Source: Candidatus Woesearchaeota archaeon (GTDB lineage Archaea; Nanobdellota; Nanobdellia; Woesearchaeales; UBA9989). Taken from it: a stretch of 64,000 nucleotides of DNA. Below, piece by piece: positions 1 to 9,270 of this stretch. The stretch's first letter is position 1, and every line of letters starts with the position of its first letter. Under the pieces are notes generated by a model. That model was not told where the DNA came from and made no database searches. It was given only the letters and a program-made list of their open reading frames with translations. The position numbers and the translations under genes were made by a program. The stretch spans positions 33,489-97,488 of the forward strand of contig DUKZ01000020.1 in assembly GCA_013329045.1 (NCBI GenBank). The letters are read 5' to 3'.

Positions 1-875
1 TCCTTGGCGCCCTTCTCATCGAGATTATGAGACGATACCGCATCCTGACTATCGAAGATACCCTCGAGCTTCCAACCAGCGCACTTCGGAAGATGGGGTA
101 TAATATCCAGGCGATGAAAGTGGCTTCCGCTTTGAGGGCTTCTTCTTCAGAGGTTCCAGCTGATGAGGGCATCAGGACAACATTGAGGCTTGGCGATTCC
201 TGCCTGATAGTAGGCGAAGTGCGATCAACTGAGGCATCAGCCCTGTATGAGGCAATGAGGGTTGGCGCCCTCGCAAATGTTGTTGCAGGAACAATCCACG
301 GCGATTCACCCTATGGGGTCTTTGATAGGGTAGTGAATGATTTAAAGGTTCCAAGGACGAGCTTTAAGGCAACAGATGTGATCATTGTGGCAAATCCCAT
401 TCGTTCAGCAGATGGCTTGCATTCATGGAGGAGAGTCTTTTCAATAACTGAGATAAGGAAGCAATGGGAAGATGATCCCTTGCTCGAGAACGGATTTGTT
501 GACCTCATGAAGTACAATTCAACAACTGACCAACTAGAGCCCAGCGATGACCTCATCAACGGTGATTCTGACATCCTCAAGTCCATTGCTGGAAAAGTAA
601 AAGACTGGGTGGGGAATTGGGATGCAGTCTGGGAGAATATCCAGCTTCGTGCCGACTGCAAGCAGCTCATTGTTGATACAGCTGCAAAGCTCAAGAATGA
701 TGATCTTCTCGAAGCGCCCTTTGTGATTCAGGCAAATGACGAGTTCCACAAGGCAACTGACCGGGTCAAAGAGGAATTTGGATCATTGGATACAAAAAGG
801 ATTTTTGCTGAATACACTGATTGGGTAAAGAAAGCATCAGTGGAGTGGGGAAAAAAGCAGCAGCCAAAGAGATGA
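1..875 (+). CDS. Type IV pilus/archaellum assembly ATPase (FlaI/PilB/GspE-like), C-terminal part; 5' end lies outside the window
   Basis: The reading frame is open from the window edge. ILTIEDTLEL and LIVGEVRSTEA match the Asp-box/His-box region of secretion-superfamily ATPases. Ends with a roughly 110-aa acidic C-terminal extension. Confidence 0.6.
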   Translation, partial: LGALLIEIMRRYRILTIEDTLELPTSALRKMGYNIQAMKVASALRASSSEVPADEGIRTTLRLGDSCLIVGEVRSTEASALYEAMRVGALANVVAGTIHGDSPYGVFDRVVNDLKVPRTSFKATDVIIVANPIRSADGLHSWRRVFSITEIRKQWEDDPLLENGFVDLMKYNSTTDQLEPSDDLINGDSDILKSIAGKVKDWVGNWDAVWENIQLRADCKQLIVDTAAKLKNDDLLEAPFVIQANDEFHKATDRVKEEFGSLDTKRIFAEYTDWVKKASVEWGKKQQPKR

Positions 876-905
876 TCTGAGAAGAAGATGATGTGAGAAG
901 AGCAG

Positions 906-1253
906 ATGCCAATGAAGAGAAAAAAAATGTCGGCAGAAAATGTTGTCATCGCGGACAATTTTTTATCAAGAGCAAGGGGATTGATGTTTTCTTTCCCAAA
1001 GAAGGTGATGATCCTTTCATTTCCAAAGCCAGGAAAGTATGCGATTCATATGTGGTTTGTTTTTTATCCCATAACCATTCTGTGGCTTGACGAAAAGAAG
1101 CGCATCGTCCAGATGAACGAAAACGTCAAACCATTCACGTGCTGCGTGAAGCCAAAACATCCAATAGCATATATTGTTGAGATCCCGCAAAGCCTTGTGA
1201 GAAGAAGGTATAAAGAAAAAGGCACATTTGTGTTCTATAATAACAGCCGTTAG
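906..1253 (+). CDS. DUF192 family protein
   Basis: ADNFLSRARGLMF and the downstream hydrophobic core resemble the DUF192/COG1430 consensus. Confidence 0.5.
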   Translation: MPMKRKKMSAENVVIADNFLSRARGLMFSFPKKVMILSFPKPGKYAIHMWFVFYPITILWLDEKKRIVQMNENVKPFTCCVKPKHPIAYIVEIPQSLVRRRYKEKGTFVFYNNSR

Positions 1254-1406
1254 TTTTTAATAATAATCTGCAGGTATTATATTCAGAGGCCATAACCACT
1301 TTTTATTAAATAGGTATGGCCGATGGTATAATAGTCTAATATAACAGATAGAAATATCCTTTTTTATCCGGCATATGCTTTTAAATGGGCAAGCGTTCTT
1401 CTCTCT

Positions 1407-2975
1407 ATGAGTCAAATGTTCGAACGGGGGGCAGGCGTATTAGTGCATTATACATCATTGCCAGGTCCAGAAGGCATTGGCACATTCCGGGAGGGAGTAT
1501 CATTCGTCGAGACGCTTGCTTGCCAGGGTGCATTCAGGTATTATCAAGTTTTGCCAGGACATCCAACGGCCGGCAGTGACTCTCCTTTCGGCAGTTCTTC
1601 TGCATTCGCGCTCAATCCAAACCTCATCAGCCTTCAGTCACTTTGTGATAGCGGGGATTTGACAGAAGAGCAGCTTAGTGCATTTCTCCATGAATGGGAA
1701 GCATATAAGAGAGGCCATAGTGGAAGAAGTGATCAGTACATGGAGTCAGGATTTTTATGGGCGAGGAAGCTCGGGTTTGACTCCAGAGATCCATCTCACA
1801 ATTCAGCAAGTCTTCGCCTCGCATATGATAATTTTCAAAGGACTCCAGAAAGTGACCGCCAGCATCAATTTGAACAATTCTGCGCTGCTGCAGGATGGTT
1901 GGATGATTACGCAGTGTTCATGGCAGCAAAGGAAACATTCGGTTTTGAGAACATGTGGTGTGAGTGGCCGGACCGATTAAGGTTCAGAGAGGATGGATAT
2001 CAAGAGGATATTCCTGAGGAGAGGATTAAATTCTATAGGTATGTGCAATTTGTCGCTGATGAGCAGCAGCAGGCTGTAAAATCCATCGCAGAAAGATGCG
2101 GAATTGCTCTTATAGGGGATTTACCGATGTATCCTGCATATGACAGCGCTGATGTGTGGAGTAATCCCCATCTCTTCCAGCTGGATGAAAGGAGGAAGAT
2201 GCAATATGTCGCAGGCGTTCCTCCTGATGATTTCAATGATGATGGCCAGCGGTGGGGAAATCCATTATACAAATGGGGCATCTTTGGGTCAGGGCATGAT
2301 CACGAATTGCTTTATCAATGGTGGCAGCAACGTTTCGATCGTGAAGCGCAGCTAGCAGATATCATCAGGATCGACCATTTTAGAGGATTTACTGCATATG
2401 GACAAGTGCCGGCAGATGAGCCAACAGCAAAGAATGCTAAATGGATTCGCGGCCCTGGCAATGAAGTATTTGAGAGAGTGGACCTTAATGGGGTAAGGAT
2501 CATTGCAGAGAATCTTGGGGTGATAACACCTCCAGTTGAAAGAAATTTAAGACGCTCAGGATTTCCTGGTATGGGAGTATTGCAGTTCGCCACCTTTAGC
2601 GATCCAGATAATAATTATCTTCCCAAAAACGCTCCAGTAAATAGCGTGTATTATACCGGCACCCATGATAATGACACATTTATGGGATGGCTCGGGGAAT
2701 TATCAGGGAAAAAAGAAGCGCAGCTCCACAATTTCTTATCACAATCACCCTTTTTTGGCCCGAATATGCAAGCAATAGACCTGTCCTTGAGCTCTCCTGC
2801 AGTGTTGGCTATTGTTCCCATCCAAGATATCCTTGGGAGGGGCACCGATGCAAGGATGAATTATCCTGGCATACCGGGAGGATGGTGGCGCTGGAGGATG
2901 ACACCAGCAGAGATGGCTGCTTTCATAGATGATAAGACGTTGGAGCAAATAGCCCGTGCACATCGAAGGGCATAA
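1407..2975 (+). CDS. malQ: 4-alpha-glucanotransferase (amylomaltase, GH77)
   Basis: The N-terminal RGAGVLVHYTSLPGPEGIGTF is the typical GH77 start. 522 aa, with conserved catalytic-region blocks. Confidence 0.85.
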   Translation: MSQMFERGAGVLVHYTSLPGPEGIGTFREGVSFVETLACQGAFRYYQVLPGHPTAGSDSPFGSSSAFALNPNLISLQSLCDSGDLTEEQLSAFLHEWEAYKRGHSGRSDQYMESGFLWARKLGFDSRDPSHNSASLRLAYDNFQRTPESDRQHQFEQFCAAAGWLDDYAVFMAAKETFGFENMWCEWPDRLRFREDGYQEDIPEERIKFYRYVQFVADEQQQAVKSIAERCGIALIGDLPMYPAYDSADVWSNPHLFQLDERRKMQYVAGVPPDDFNDDGQRWGNPLYKWGIFGSGHDHELLYQWWQQRFDREAQLADIIRIDHFRGFTAYGQVPADEPTAKNAKWIRGPGNEVFERVDLNGVRIIAENLGVITPPVERNLRRSGFPGMGVLQFATFSDPDNNYLPKNAPVNSVYYTGTHDNDTFMGWLGELSGKKEAQLHNFLSQSPFFGPNMQAIDLSLSSPAVLAIVPIQDILGRGTDARMNYPGIPGGWWRWRMTPAEMAAFIDDKTLEQIARAHRRA

Positions 2976-2983
2976 AGAGCAGG

Positions 2984-2995
2984 TTTTATAAATAA
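2984..2995 (+). promoter_or_regulatory. TATA-box-like element (TTTTATAAATA) about 30 nt upstream of the tRNA-Trp 5' end
   Basis: AT-rich octamer at archaeal promoter spacing relative to the tRNA start at 3020. Confidence 0.4.
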
Positions 2996-3019
2996 CTTCT
3001 TCCCTCCCTTCTCGTTAAA

Positions 3020-3137
3020 GGGGACATAGTATAACCCGGCTAGTATAGCCGGCTCCAGCTATGGAGCGTTGAGCTGAAAAGCGATGATAAACCCTAGGTG
3101 ATACCGGCCGATCTGGGTTCAAATCCCAGTGTCCCCA
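3020..3137 (+). tRNA. tRNA-Trp (anticodon CCA) with a 44-nt intron at the canonical 37/38 position
   Basis: Acceptor GGGGACA pairs with TGTCCCC; discriminator A. T-arm is CTGGG-TTCAAAT-CCCAG. Anticodon stem GCCGG/CCGGC. Anticodon loop is CT-CCA-G, then the intron, then A. The D-stem is weak, with G-U pairs. No encoded CCA. A T-run follows. Confidence 0.75.
3059..3102 (+). other. tRNA-Trp intron, BHB-type with a relaxed central helix
   Basis: The anticodon region pairs with the intron 3' end: C34-G81, C36-G79, C37-G78. Three-nucleotide bulges hold both splice sites. A CTGA followed 5 nt later by GATGATA resembles box D'/C' motifs. Confidence 0.6.
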
Positions 3138-3257
3138 TTTATTTGCCAAAGGGATTTGAACAAAGTTCCCACAAGCAAAGCAAAGTGGGTACTAAGAACT
3201 GAAAGATTCACAAGAAAAGTTTTAGTATTGTCACCAAATGCATAAAGAAGGCTGCAG

Positions 3258-3908
3258 ATGAAAACAAAAAAAGAGCTCACCGAAAAAGAGAACAATCTTA
3301 TCCCGGCTTTTTTCACACTTGCTGGTCTTGTCCTTATCATTGCAATCATTTTCCAACAACCGATGTCAATTCAGCCAGGTAACAAAACTCCGTTTGAGCA
3401 AGGATTCGATAAGGTTCTCAGTTTAGACAAAAAATATGGTGGGGATTACCGCAATGAGCGCCTCAATCATACCATGGTCAATATCAGCGTTATTCCCATG
3501 ATGATCAATGACTTAGAGACAATGAAGCAAGACCTTGCTGGAAAGGATGATAATGGTTCCATTGCCCTTTCACGGTTTATTGATGTTAGGATTGGCATGC
3601 TCAACACGCAGCGCTTATACCAGCAGGCAGCACTCATAGGGCCTATTGGCACTGCTTTTGACGGGTTTAGATGCTCAGAAGCGCCTTATCTGATTAAAGT
3701 GATTGATCTGTATAATGAAACAAGGCAGCAATTTTTGGACACCATGCTCGGGGACCTGGATGCTTTGTTCTACGATTATCCCGAGTACCGTTCTGTTATC
3801 GGCTTTGAGGGCAATAAGACAAAGTTTTATGGTTCAAACATCAGGGCTCTAAACCAGATTGCCGAAGAGAACGATTTTGTTTTGAAGAGATACTGCCAGG
3901 TTGGATGA
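3258..3908 (+). CDS. Hypothetical protein with an N-terminal TM anchor
   Basis: 216-aa ORF. A GAAGG sits before the ATG. A single N-terminal hydrophobic helix is followed by a soluble domain of unknown function. Confidence 0.5.
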   Translation: MKTKKELTEKENNLIPAFFTLAGLVLIIAIIFQQPMSIQPGNKTPFEQGFDKVLSLDKKYGGDYRNERLNHTMVNISVIPMMINDLETMKQDLAGKDDNGSIALSRFIDVRIGMLNTQRLYQQAALIGPIGTAFDGFRCSEAPYLIKVIDLYNETRQQFLDTMLGDLDALFYDYPEYRSVIGFEGNKTKFYGSNIRALNQIAEENDFVLKRYCQVG

Positions 3909-3960
3909 TTGCTCTATCTGATAATTACTCTATCTTTTACTCTATCTATTTCTGATTATT

Positions 3961-6900
3961 CTATTTCTGATTATCTTCCTTTCCTTCTTCTTCTAAAAAG
4001 AACTCGACGATCCCTTTTCGATAGCGAAAGAAGATGAGGAGGAGGACAATGATCACAACGCCAACAACAATATATGCATAGTAGTCAGCAAGCCTCTTCC
4101 CAAGGAAATCAAGGAACCCGGTTATCCCTTCAGGGCCAAGGACAGGGAGATCTTCTCCTCCTCTGACCTCAAGCATGACCGTTTCAGAGGAGATGATTCC
4201 TCCCCTGCCATCATCCGCATTAAAGACGATATAGTCTGTTCCTTCCCAATTCTTTTCTGGTTGAAGGGTCACAATGCCTCCGGAGACATCGACACTGATG
4301 TGTTTTGGCTTTGAATGCGTAAATGATAAAGGGTCATAGTCAGCATCAAAAAAGTGGGTAGTGAGGTCTATTGTGTGAGGGGTGTTTTTCTCCCATACCT
4401 GCGCCGTAAAGTTTTGGATGATTACAGGATAGTTATCGTTTGCAGGAACCTTTGGGACAAGGTAATAGCCAATTGTCCCGATGAGCAAGAGCACAAGGAC
4501 GATAAGGGGTATGACCCACCATCGCTTCTTCTCTTCCCTTTCCTCTTCCTTTTCCTTTTCTCCAGCGCCTACTGCATATTCTCCTGGGGGAACAAGTGGG
4601 CTTTCATAATACACAAGAGTATCATCGCTTCCGATGCGAAGGAGGTCATTGGATTTCCACTCCTGCACCCCATTCGTAAAGAACATCATATCATCATCAG
4701 CTAGTCCGTGCTTGTCTAGCCATCGTTTTTCTACCCGTACCCTGATCTTTGCCTCTTTGAGCTTGTTTCTCGAGAGATTTTCGAGTGAGACTGAGAAATA
4801 ATCATAGACATGTTCTGCGGGTGGCAGGAGTGATGGATTGTTTATTTGGCCAACTTCTGCAGAGACGCCAAAGGCTTTCTCTTTTGGGATGATGATAAGC
4901 TCAGCAGCACAGCCCTTCTCGAGCAGCAAAACGCCAGGCTTGCGGCTGGTGATCTCTTCCCACGTGATCGAGGAGGAATACTTCCGTCCCCGGATCCATC
5001 TGACGATCAGTACAAGGATGAGCAGCAGCGCAAATCCTGTAACAATGTAAGCGATGACATATAATGCATAGGTAATGAGGAAATAGATAAGACTCGTGAA
5101 GAAGAGGAACAATAACAGCACCCCAACCATTCCGAGGATGAACGATCGTTTTGTTTCATACTCTTCTTGGGCGGTCTCATCTTTTTTCTTATCCTTATCT
5201 TTCAAGGCGTCTTTTGCCTCTTGAACAATCTCTTCATCACCCATACTCTTCCTTTTGGCGATCCAAAGGATAGTTATGAAGAGGGCAAGGAGCACAACCC
5301 CAATGATGATAGAGAGGAGGTAGGGAAAAATATTGTTGATATACCAGGTGTTCTCGATGGAGTCCCAATAATGGTAGGGATACTGCGAGACAATAAGTGC
5401 GAAAACAACAATCCACATCAGGAGGAGTACCCAGGGAAATTGTCTCTTTCCTGCCTGCTTCTCTTCTTTTTTCCTTTGCGCTGATTCACCATCCTGTTTT
5501 CTCTTCCTGATGAAGTAGGCAAGGAGGAGGATGACTATGATTAGTACCGCAAGGATAACATACTGGTAAGCAGGTATCCCTTCTCCCTCTTCAGCTGTTC
5601 CTTGTGTCTGATCGACAATCATAAAGATGACCCATCCAAGCAGGATAACAACAAACAGGATAAAGAGTATCTTTCTGAAGTCCTTAAACCGCTCAAGGGC
5701 TGCAAGCTTCTTCTCTTTAAAGAGAGAGATAAGAGGAACAGGTTGTTTCTCTTCTTTTTCCTTGCCCATTAATTTTCTCTTCGACCGGATAAAAAGGAAG
5801 ATAATGATGAGGACCAATAAGAGGATGAGCGATCCGATCATGATCATAAGAGTGCTGAAATACTCGCTGAGGAACACGATCACTCCAGAACTGCTCTCAG
5901 CACCAAGGAGTTTGATGAGGTAGAGGCCGAGGGCAACAATGACAAGGACAAGGATCAGCACAATGGGAATGACCCAAAAAGGCCTGCCGGCTTTGTCTTT
6001 CCCTGCTGCTTTCTCAGCACGTTTGAACTCTCGTTCCTTCTCTTTTTCAGCCTTCTTTCGTTCTCGTTCTGCCCGTGCTTTTTCCTTCGCAGCTTCTTTT
6101 TCTTTTCTCTTGGCTTCCAGTTCATCCTCCTTGTCAGGAAGAGGCATTGTGGCAAGATAATAGAGGAAAGCGACAAAGAGCAAGAAGAGGAGCAGCATCC
6201 ACCACCAGTTTGCTGACAAGAAATCAGCCACGAGGTAGCGGCTTCCCTGCGATTTTCTGAGTTTGATGGTTGCTTGGATTGATTGTGATACTGATTGGTC
6301 ATCGCTCAGCGCACTGACGACAAAATTATAGTTCCCTTCAGCGGTCTGGCCGGTTGGAGAGAAGACGACCGTGACTGATTGCTGTGTTCCAGGGTCAAGA
6401 GTGACTTGTGAGGGAGCAAAGCTCACCCATGGAAGGTTCGTGAGCAAGGAAACATTTCTTGATTGCCTTCCTTTATTGCCAAGGGTCAATGCCAGGCTTC
6501 GCGGTTGATAATCGATCTTGATATCTTTTTGGTTGATTGCAAGGCTCAGTTCTTCACAAGTGATTGCCTTGATGGTGACGGGCGACTCGAGTAGGACATC
6601 ATCCCTCAAACTTTTGGCACTGATTTTTCCGGTGAACACCCCTGGCTTTGGTGCCCTGACAGAGATATCTACCAATCCATTTGAGGATGGGCCAATCTGC
6701 ACCGTTCGGGCAGGAAGCACAACCCATGGATCAAATGTTGATGTCAGAGTGTACACATTTGTGTACGATGCGATATTGTTTAAGAGGAATGGGATGGTGA
6801 AAGGAGCGCCTGCACAGACCGTATATGCCCCAGATGAAGAAGCAAATACTTGTTTCCCATCTTCAATGACATAACTGCCGGGGGTAAAGAGTGTCGATGG

Positions 6901-7581
6901 GCAAAGGCCCGAGGCCAACTGGAGGGCAAGCTTGTTGTGGGTCTGGGTCTTGATTGCGAATGCATCTAGGGTAAAATGATATCTCCCAGGCTTTGCACAG
7001 GGCGGCCGTATGTTGATGTAAACAGCCCGTTCCTCGCCAGCTTGGAGAGGTAATGCCTGCTCTGAAAAGACAGCAGAGTCTTCAAAGGTATCAAGTGAGA
7101 GGGAATACGTCTCTTCATATGTTCCGGTATTTTTCAGGACAATTTCGTATTGGACAGGACCGCAATCGCATGATGCTGTTGCATCCTGCTTTCCAGACAT
7201 TGTGAGGGTGGAACAAGAAGAGACACTAATGCCCTGCCCAAGGGCTTGTGGCTCACCGAATGTTGAAGTGACCTTTGTTTCAAGAATATAATCCCCTTCA
7301 GCATCGCATGGGACAGTGAGGAATGTGTATACATGTTCTATCTCATCAGGATCCAATTTGAGGACTGCTGGGGCATAGACAGCCCAAGGTGATGCTGTCC
7401 CATCAACTTGCACAAGCGCAGTGTCCTGGGGGCCTATATTCACTGCCTGAATCTTATTTTCGACAGATGAACACGCACAGACATCAAGATGCTCTGGACC
7501 TGAAAGGATGACACTTGCGGAGGCGAGGGGCAAGAGGAAAACTAGGAAGAGAACCAATACAATCTGTCGATTATTCCCCAT
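3961..7581 (-). CDS. Large envelope protein: signal peptide, Cys-containing extracellular beta-domain repeats, then at least 5 modules of paired TM helices separated by K/E-rich charged linkers
   Basis: The ORF is open to 7665. The likely start is the ATG at 7581 (MGNNRQIVLVLF...), which has GGGGGTATCC 4 nt upstream. About 1206 aa. Extracellular cadherin/Ig-like segments occur between the TM blocks. Confidence 0.65.
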   Translation of the reverse strand: MGNNRQIVLVLFLVFLLPLASASVILSGPEHLDVCACSSVENKIQAVNIGPQDTALVQVDGTASPWAVYAPAVLKLDPDEIEHVYTFLTVPCDAEGDYILETKVTSTFGEPQALGQGISVSSCSTLTMSGKQDATASCDCGPVQYEIVLKNTGTYEETYSLSLDTFEDSAVFSEQALPLQAGEERAVYINIRPPCAKPGRYHFTLDAFAIKTQTHNKLALQLASGLCPSTLFTPGSYVIEDGKQVFASSSGAYTVCAGAPFTIPFLLNNIASYTNVYTLTSTFDPWVVLPARTVQIGPSSNGLVDISVRAPKPGVFTGKISAKSLRDDVLLESPVTIKAITCEELSLAINQKDIKIDYQPRSLALTLGNKGRQSRNVSLLTNLPWVSFAPSQVTLDPGTQQSVTVVFSPTGQTAEGNYNFVVSALSDDQSVSQSIQATIKLRKSQGSRYLVADFLSANWWWMLLLFLLFVAFLYYLATMPLPDKEDELEAKRKEKEAAKEKARAERERKKAEKEKEREFKRAEKAAGKDKAGRPFWVIPIVLILVLVIVALGLYLIKLLGAESSSGVIVFLSEYFSTLMIMIGSLILLLVLIIIFLFIRSKRKLMGKEKEEKQPVPLISLFKEKKLAALERFKDFRKILFILFVVILLGWVIFMIVDQTQGTAEEGEGIPAYQYVILAVLIIVILLLAYFIRKRKQDGESAQRKKEEKQAGKRQFPWVLLLMWIVVFALIVSQYPYHYWDSIENTWYINNIFPYLLSIIIGVVLLALFITILWIAKRKSMGDEEIVQEAKDALKDKDKKKDETAQEEYETKRSFILGMVGVLLLFLFFTSLIYFLITYALYVIAYIVTGFALLLILVLIVRWIRGRKYSSSITWEEITSRKPGVLLLEKGCAAELIIIPKEKAFGVSAEVGQINNPSLLPPAEHVYDYFSVSLENLSRNKLKEAKIRVRVEKRWLDKHGLADDDMMFFTNGVQEWKSNDLLRIGSDDTLVYYESPLVPPGEYAVGAGEKEKEEEREEKKRWWVIPLIVLVLLLIGTIGYYLVPKVPANDNYPVIIQNFTAQVWEKNTPHTIDLTTHFFDADYDPLSFTHSKPKHISVDVSGGIVTLQPEKNWEGTDYIVFNADDGRGGIISSETVMLEVRGGEDLPVLGPEGITGFLDFLGKRLADYYAYIVVGVVIIVLLLIFFRYRKGIVEFFLEEEGKEDNQK

Positions 7582-7724
7582 AAGGATACCCCCACTATTT
7601 TGATACCATTCAAGAATGGATACTTTATATACTTTTATATCTCTCAATGGATAGGATAAAAACAACTAAACGTGAACGTAATTCAGGACCAAAAGATAAA
7701 AAAAAGGAGAAAAAAATGAAAAAA

Positions 7725-9125
7725 TTAATAGTAGGTTTGTGATCCTTCCCCTTCATCCTCATCTTCACCCTTCAGCTTGTTAAAGCCGATGATGAGAGCA
7801 AGGATGACAAGGAGAACCACAAGCACTACAAAGCCGATTTCAAGCCCCTTCTTGAGGCTGCCCCATTGAGCAGTTGTTGTAGTAGACTGTGCAGGCCCAA
7901 CAACATTCCCTTTGAGGATGACCTGTTTGAGGGTCTCGCCATCTGACATGATACTGACCAAGAGTGCCTGTTCGCCGGCAGCAGCTGTATCTTTTGGGGT
8001 GACAAAGATAAACAATGCCTTCGATTCGCCAGCTTGAGCAACGACAGTGCTAGAGGGGCTCACTTTTGTATCTGCCCAGCCGCCAACTGCTTCTGTGGTG
8101 ATAGTATAAGTCTTTGCAGACCTTCCCTGGTTCATGAGGGTCACTGGATACACTGCGCCTTTGTCCCTGGCAACATCCTGTGCTTCAGGGCCAATGGAGA
8201 TGATTGTTTTTGCTGCGCCAGAAGGAGAAGAGCCGCTGTCAGATGATGATCCGCTGTCCGTTTCTGATGCACTAGTATCAGCAGCAGGGGTGACAAAGAT
8301 GCTTGTCTCCTCGATAACAGTCTCATCACCATCATCATAGGTAGCTTCAATGATAACCCTGTATTCGCCTTTTCTTGCATCTTCAGGGATCCTCATATAG
8401 AGTTCTTCAGAGGTAGTTGACTCATCTTCAGAAAGCTCATCAATATAATCAGAAGCGCTAATACCTAGTTCTGGTATGCTCACGCGTACCTTTATGCCGT
8501 TGTTCTCATCTTTGTTGCCAACATTCTGAACGCGTACAGTTGCAAGGAATGCTCGGCCAGCCATGACTGTTCGTTCGGGGGAAAAGACTGCATCCTTGAT
8601 GATGACAGAATGGCTTTGAGCTTCAACCTCTATATTGTATGTTTCAGTTAGGGTAAACTGTCTTCCGCTGACTCGAACCTGCAATGAATACCTGTCCTGG
8701 ACAAGCCTATAAGGCAATTGCAGTTTAAGATCCTCGACATAAGAGACTCCTTCTTGGGCATTGAATGCATCAGAGACATCTTGGATGAAATCATTGCCGT
8801 CATATCCCCTGATAACTGCCTCAACCTGGAGATCCTCTAGTTCCCGGATCAGGTCAGGGTTGTCATTTCCCCTGATATTAAGGTGGGAATCAGAGTAAGC
8901 AGAAAGATTTTGTGAAACCTCAACTTCTACGAGCACACTAATCTCATCGCCGCGATCAACGCTTCTGATAAGTGCGGTTCCTCCTGTCTTTACTTCCCTG
9001 TCATTGACTTCGACAGAGGTTATGCACACAGGACCGCTGGTGCAAGCAGCACTAACAGCTCCAGCGAGAGCTAGTGCCAGAAGTGCAAAGATGAATGCAC
9101 TCATGAACATCTTTGTGGTTTTCAT
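7725..9125 (-). CDS. Secreted/anchored surface protein (signal peptide, Ser-rich linker, C-terminal TM anchor)
   Basis: N-terminal signal MKTTKMFMSAFIFALLALALAGAVSAAC. SASETDSGSSSDSGSSPSG linker. C-terminal hydrophobic helix plus an acidic tail. GGGGGTATATAAC lies 4 nt upstream of the ATG. Confidence 0.6.
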   Translation of the reverse strand: MKTTKMFMSAFIFALLALALAGAVSAACTSGPVCITSVEVNDREVKTGGTALIRSVDRGDEISVLVEVEVSQNLSAYSDSHLNIRGNDNPDLIRELEDLQVEAVIRGYDGNDFIQDVSDAFNAQEGVSYVEDLKLQLPYRLVQDRYSLQVRVSGRQFTLTETYNIEVEAQSHSVIIKDAVFSPERTVMAGRAFLATVRVQNVGNKDENNGIKVRVSIPELGISASDYIDELSEDESTTSEELYMRIPEDARKGEYRVIIEATYDDGDETVIEETSIFVTPAADTSASETDSGSSSDSGSSPSGAAKTIISIGPEAQDVARDKGAVYPVTLMNQGRSAKTYTITTEAVGGWADTKVSPSSTVVAQAGESKALFIFVTPKDTAAAGEQALLVSIMSDGETLKQVILKGNVVGPAQSTTTTAQWGSLKKGLEIGFVVLVVLLVILALIIGFNKLKGEDEDEGEGSQTYY

Positions 9126-9270
9126 AGTTATATACCCCCCAAACTCTTGTTTATCTTTAAATTTGGTACACTGTTATTATTTTCATATTGTAACAGCGTA
9201 TTGTATTTAAACTTTTCGGTGTTTTAGTATACCTCAGTAGTTAAATTATTTAACTACTCGATAGTGTTAT

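Noticed and set aside
1270-1303. GGCCATA..TATGGCC inverted repeat upstream of malQ
   Set aside because: A single 7-bp stem with a 20-nt loop, with no partner copies. It could be a weak terminator or operator, but there is not enough evidence to call it.
3036-3053. The CCGGC-TAGTATA-GCCGG hairpin as the tRNA anticodon arm
   Set aside because: Its loop lacks U33. Using it leaves no T-arm-compatible layout. The GCCGG/CCGGC pairing across the intron gives a canonical tRNA-Trp instead.
3941-3969. Tandem 14-nt tctatttctgatta repeats in the convergent terminator region
   Set aside because: A short, AT-rich, two-copy repeat between convergent genes. It most likely belongs to oligo-T termination signals.
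5939-6302. ORFs encoding Arg/Ser- or Lys-rich low-complexity peptides
   Set aside because: They are shadows of the KEKE linker region of the 1206-aa membrane protein gene.
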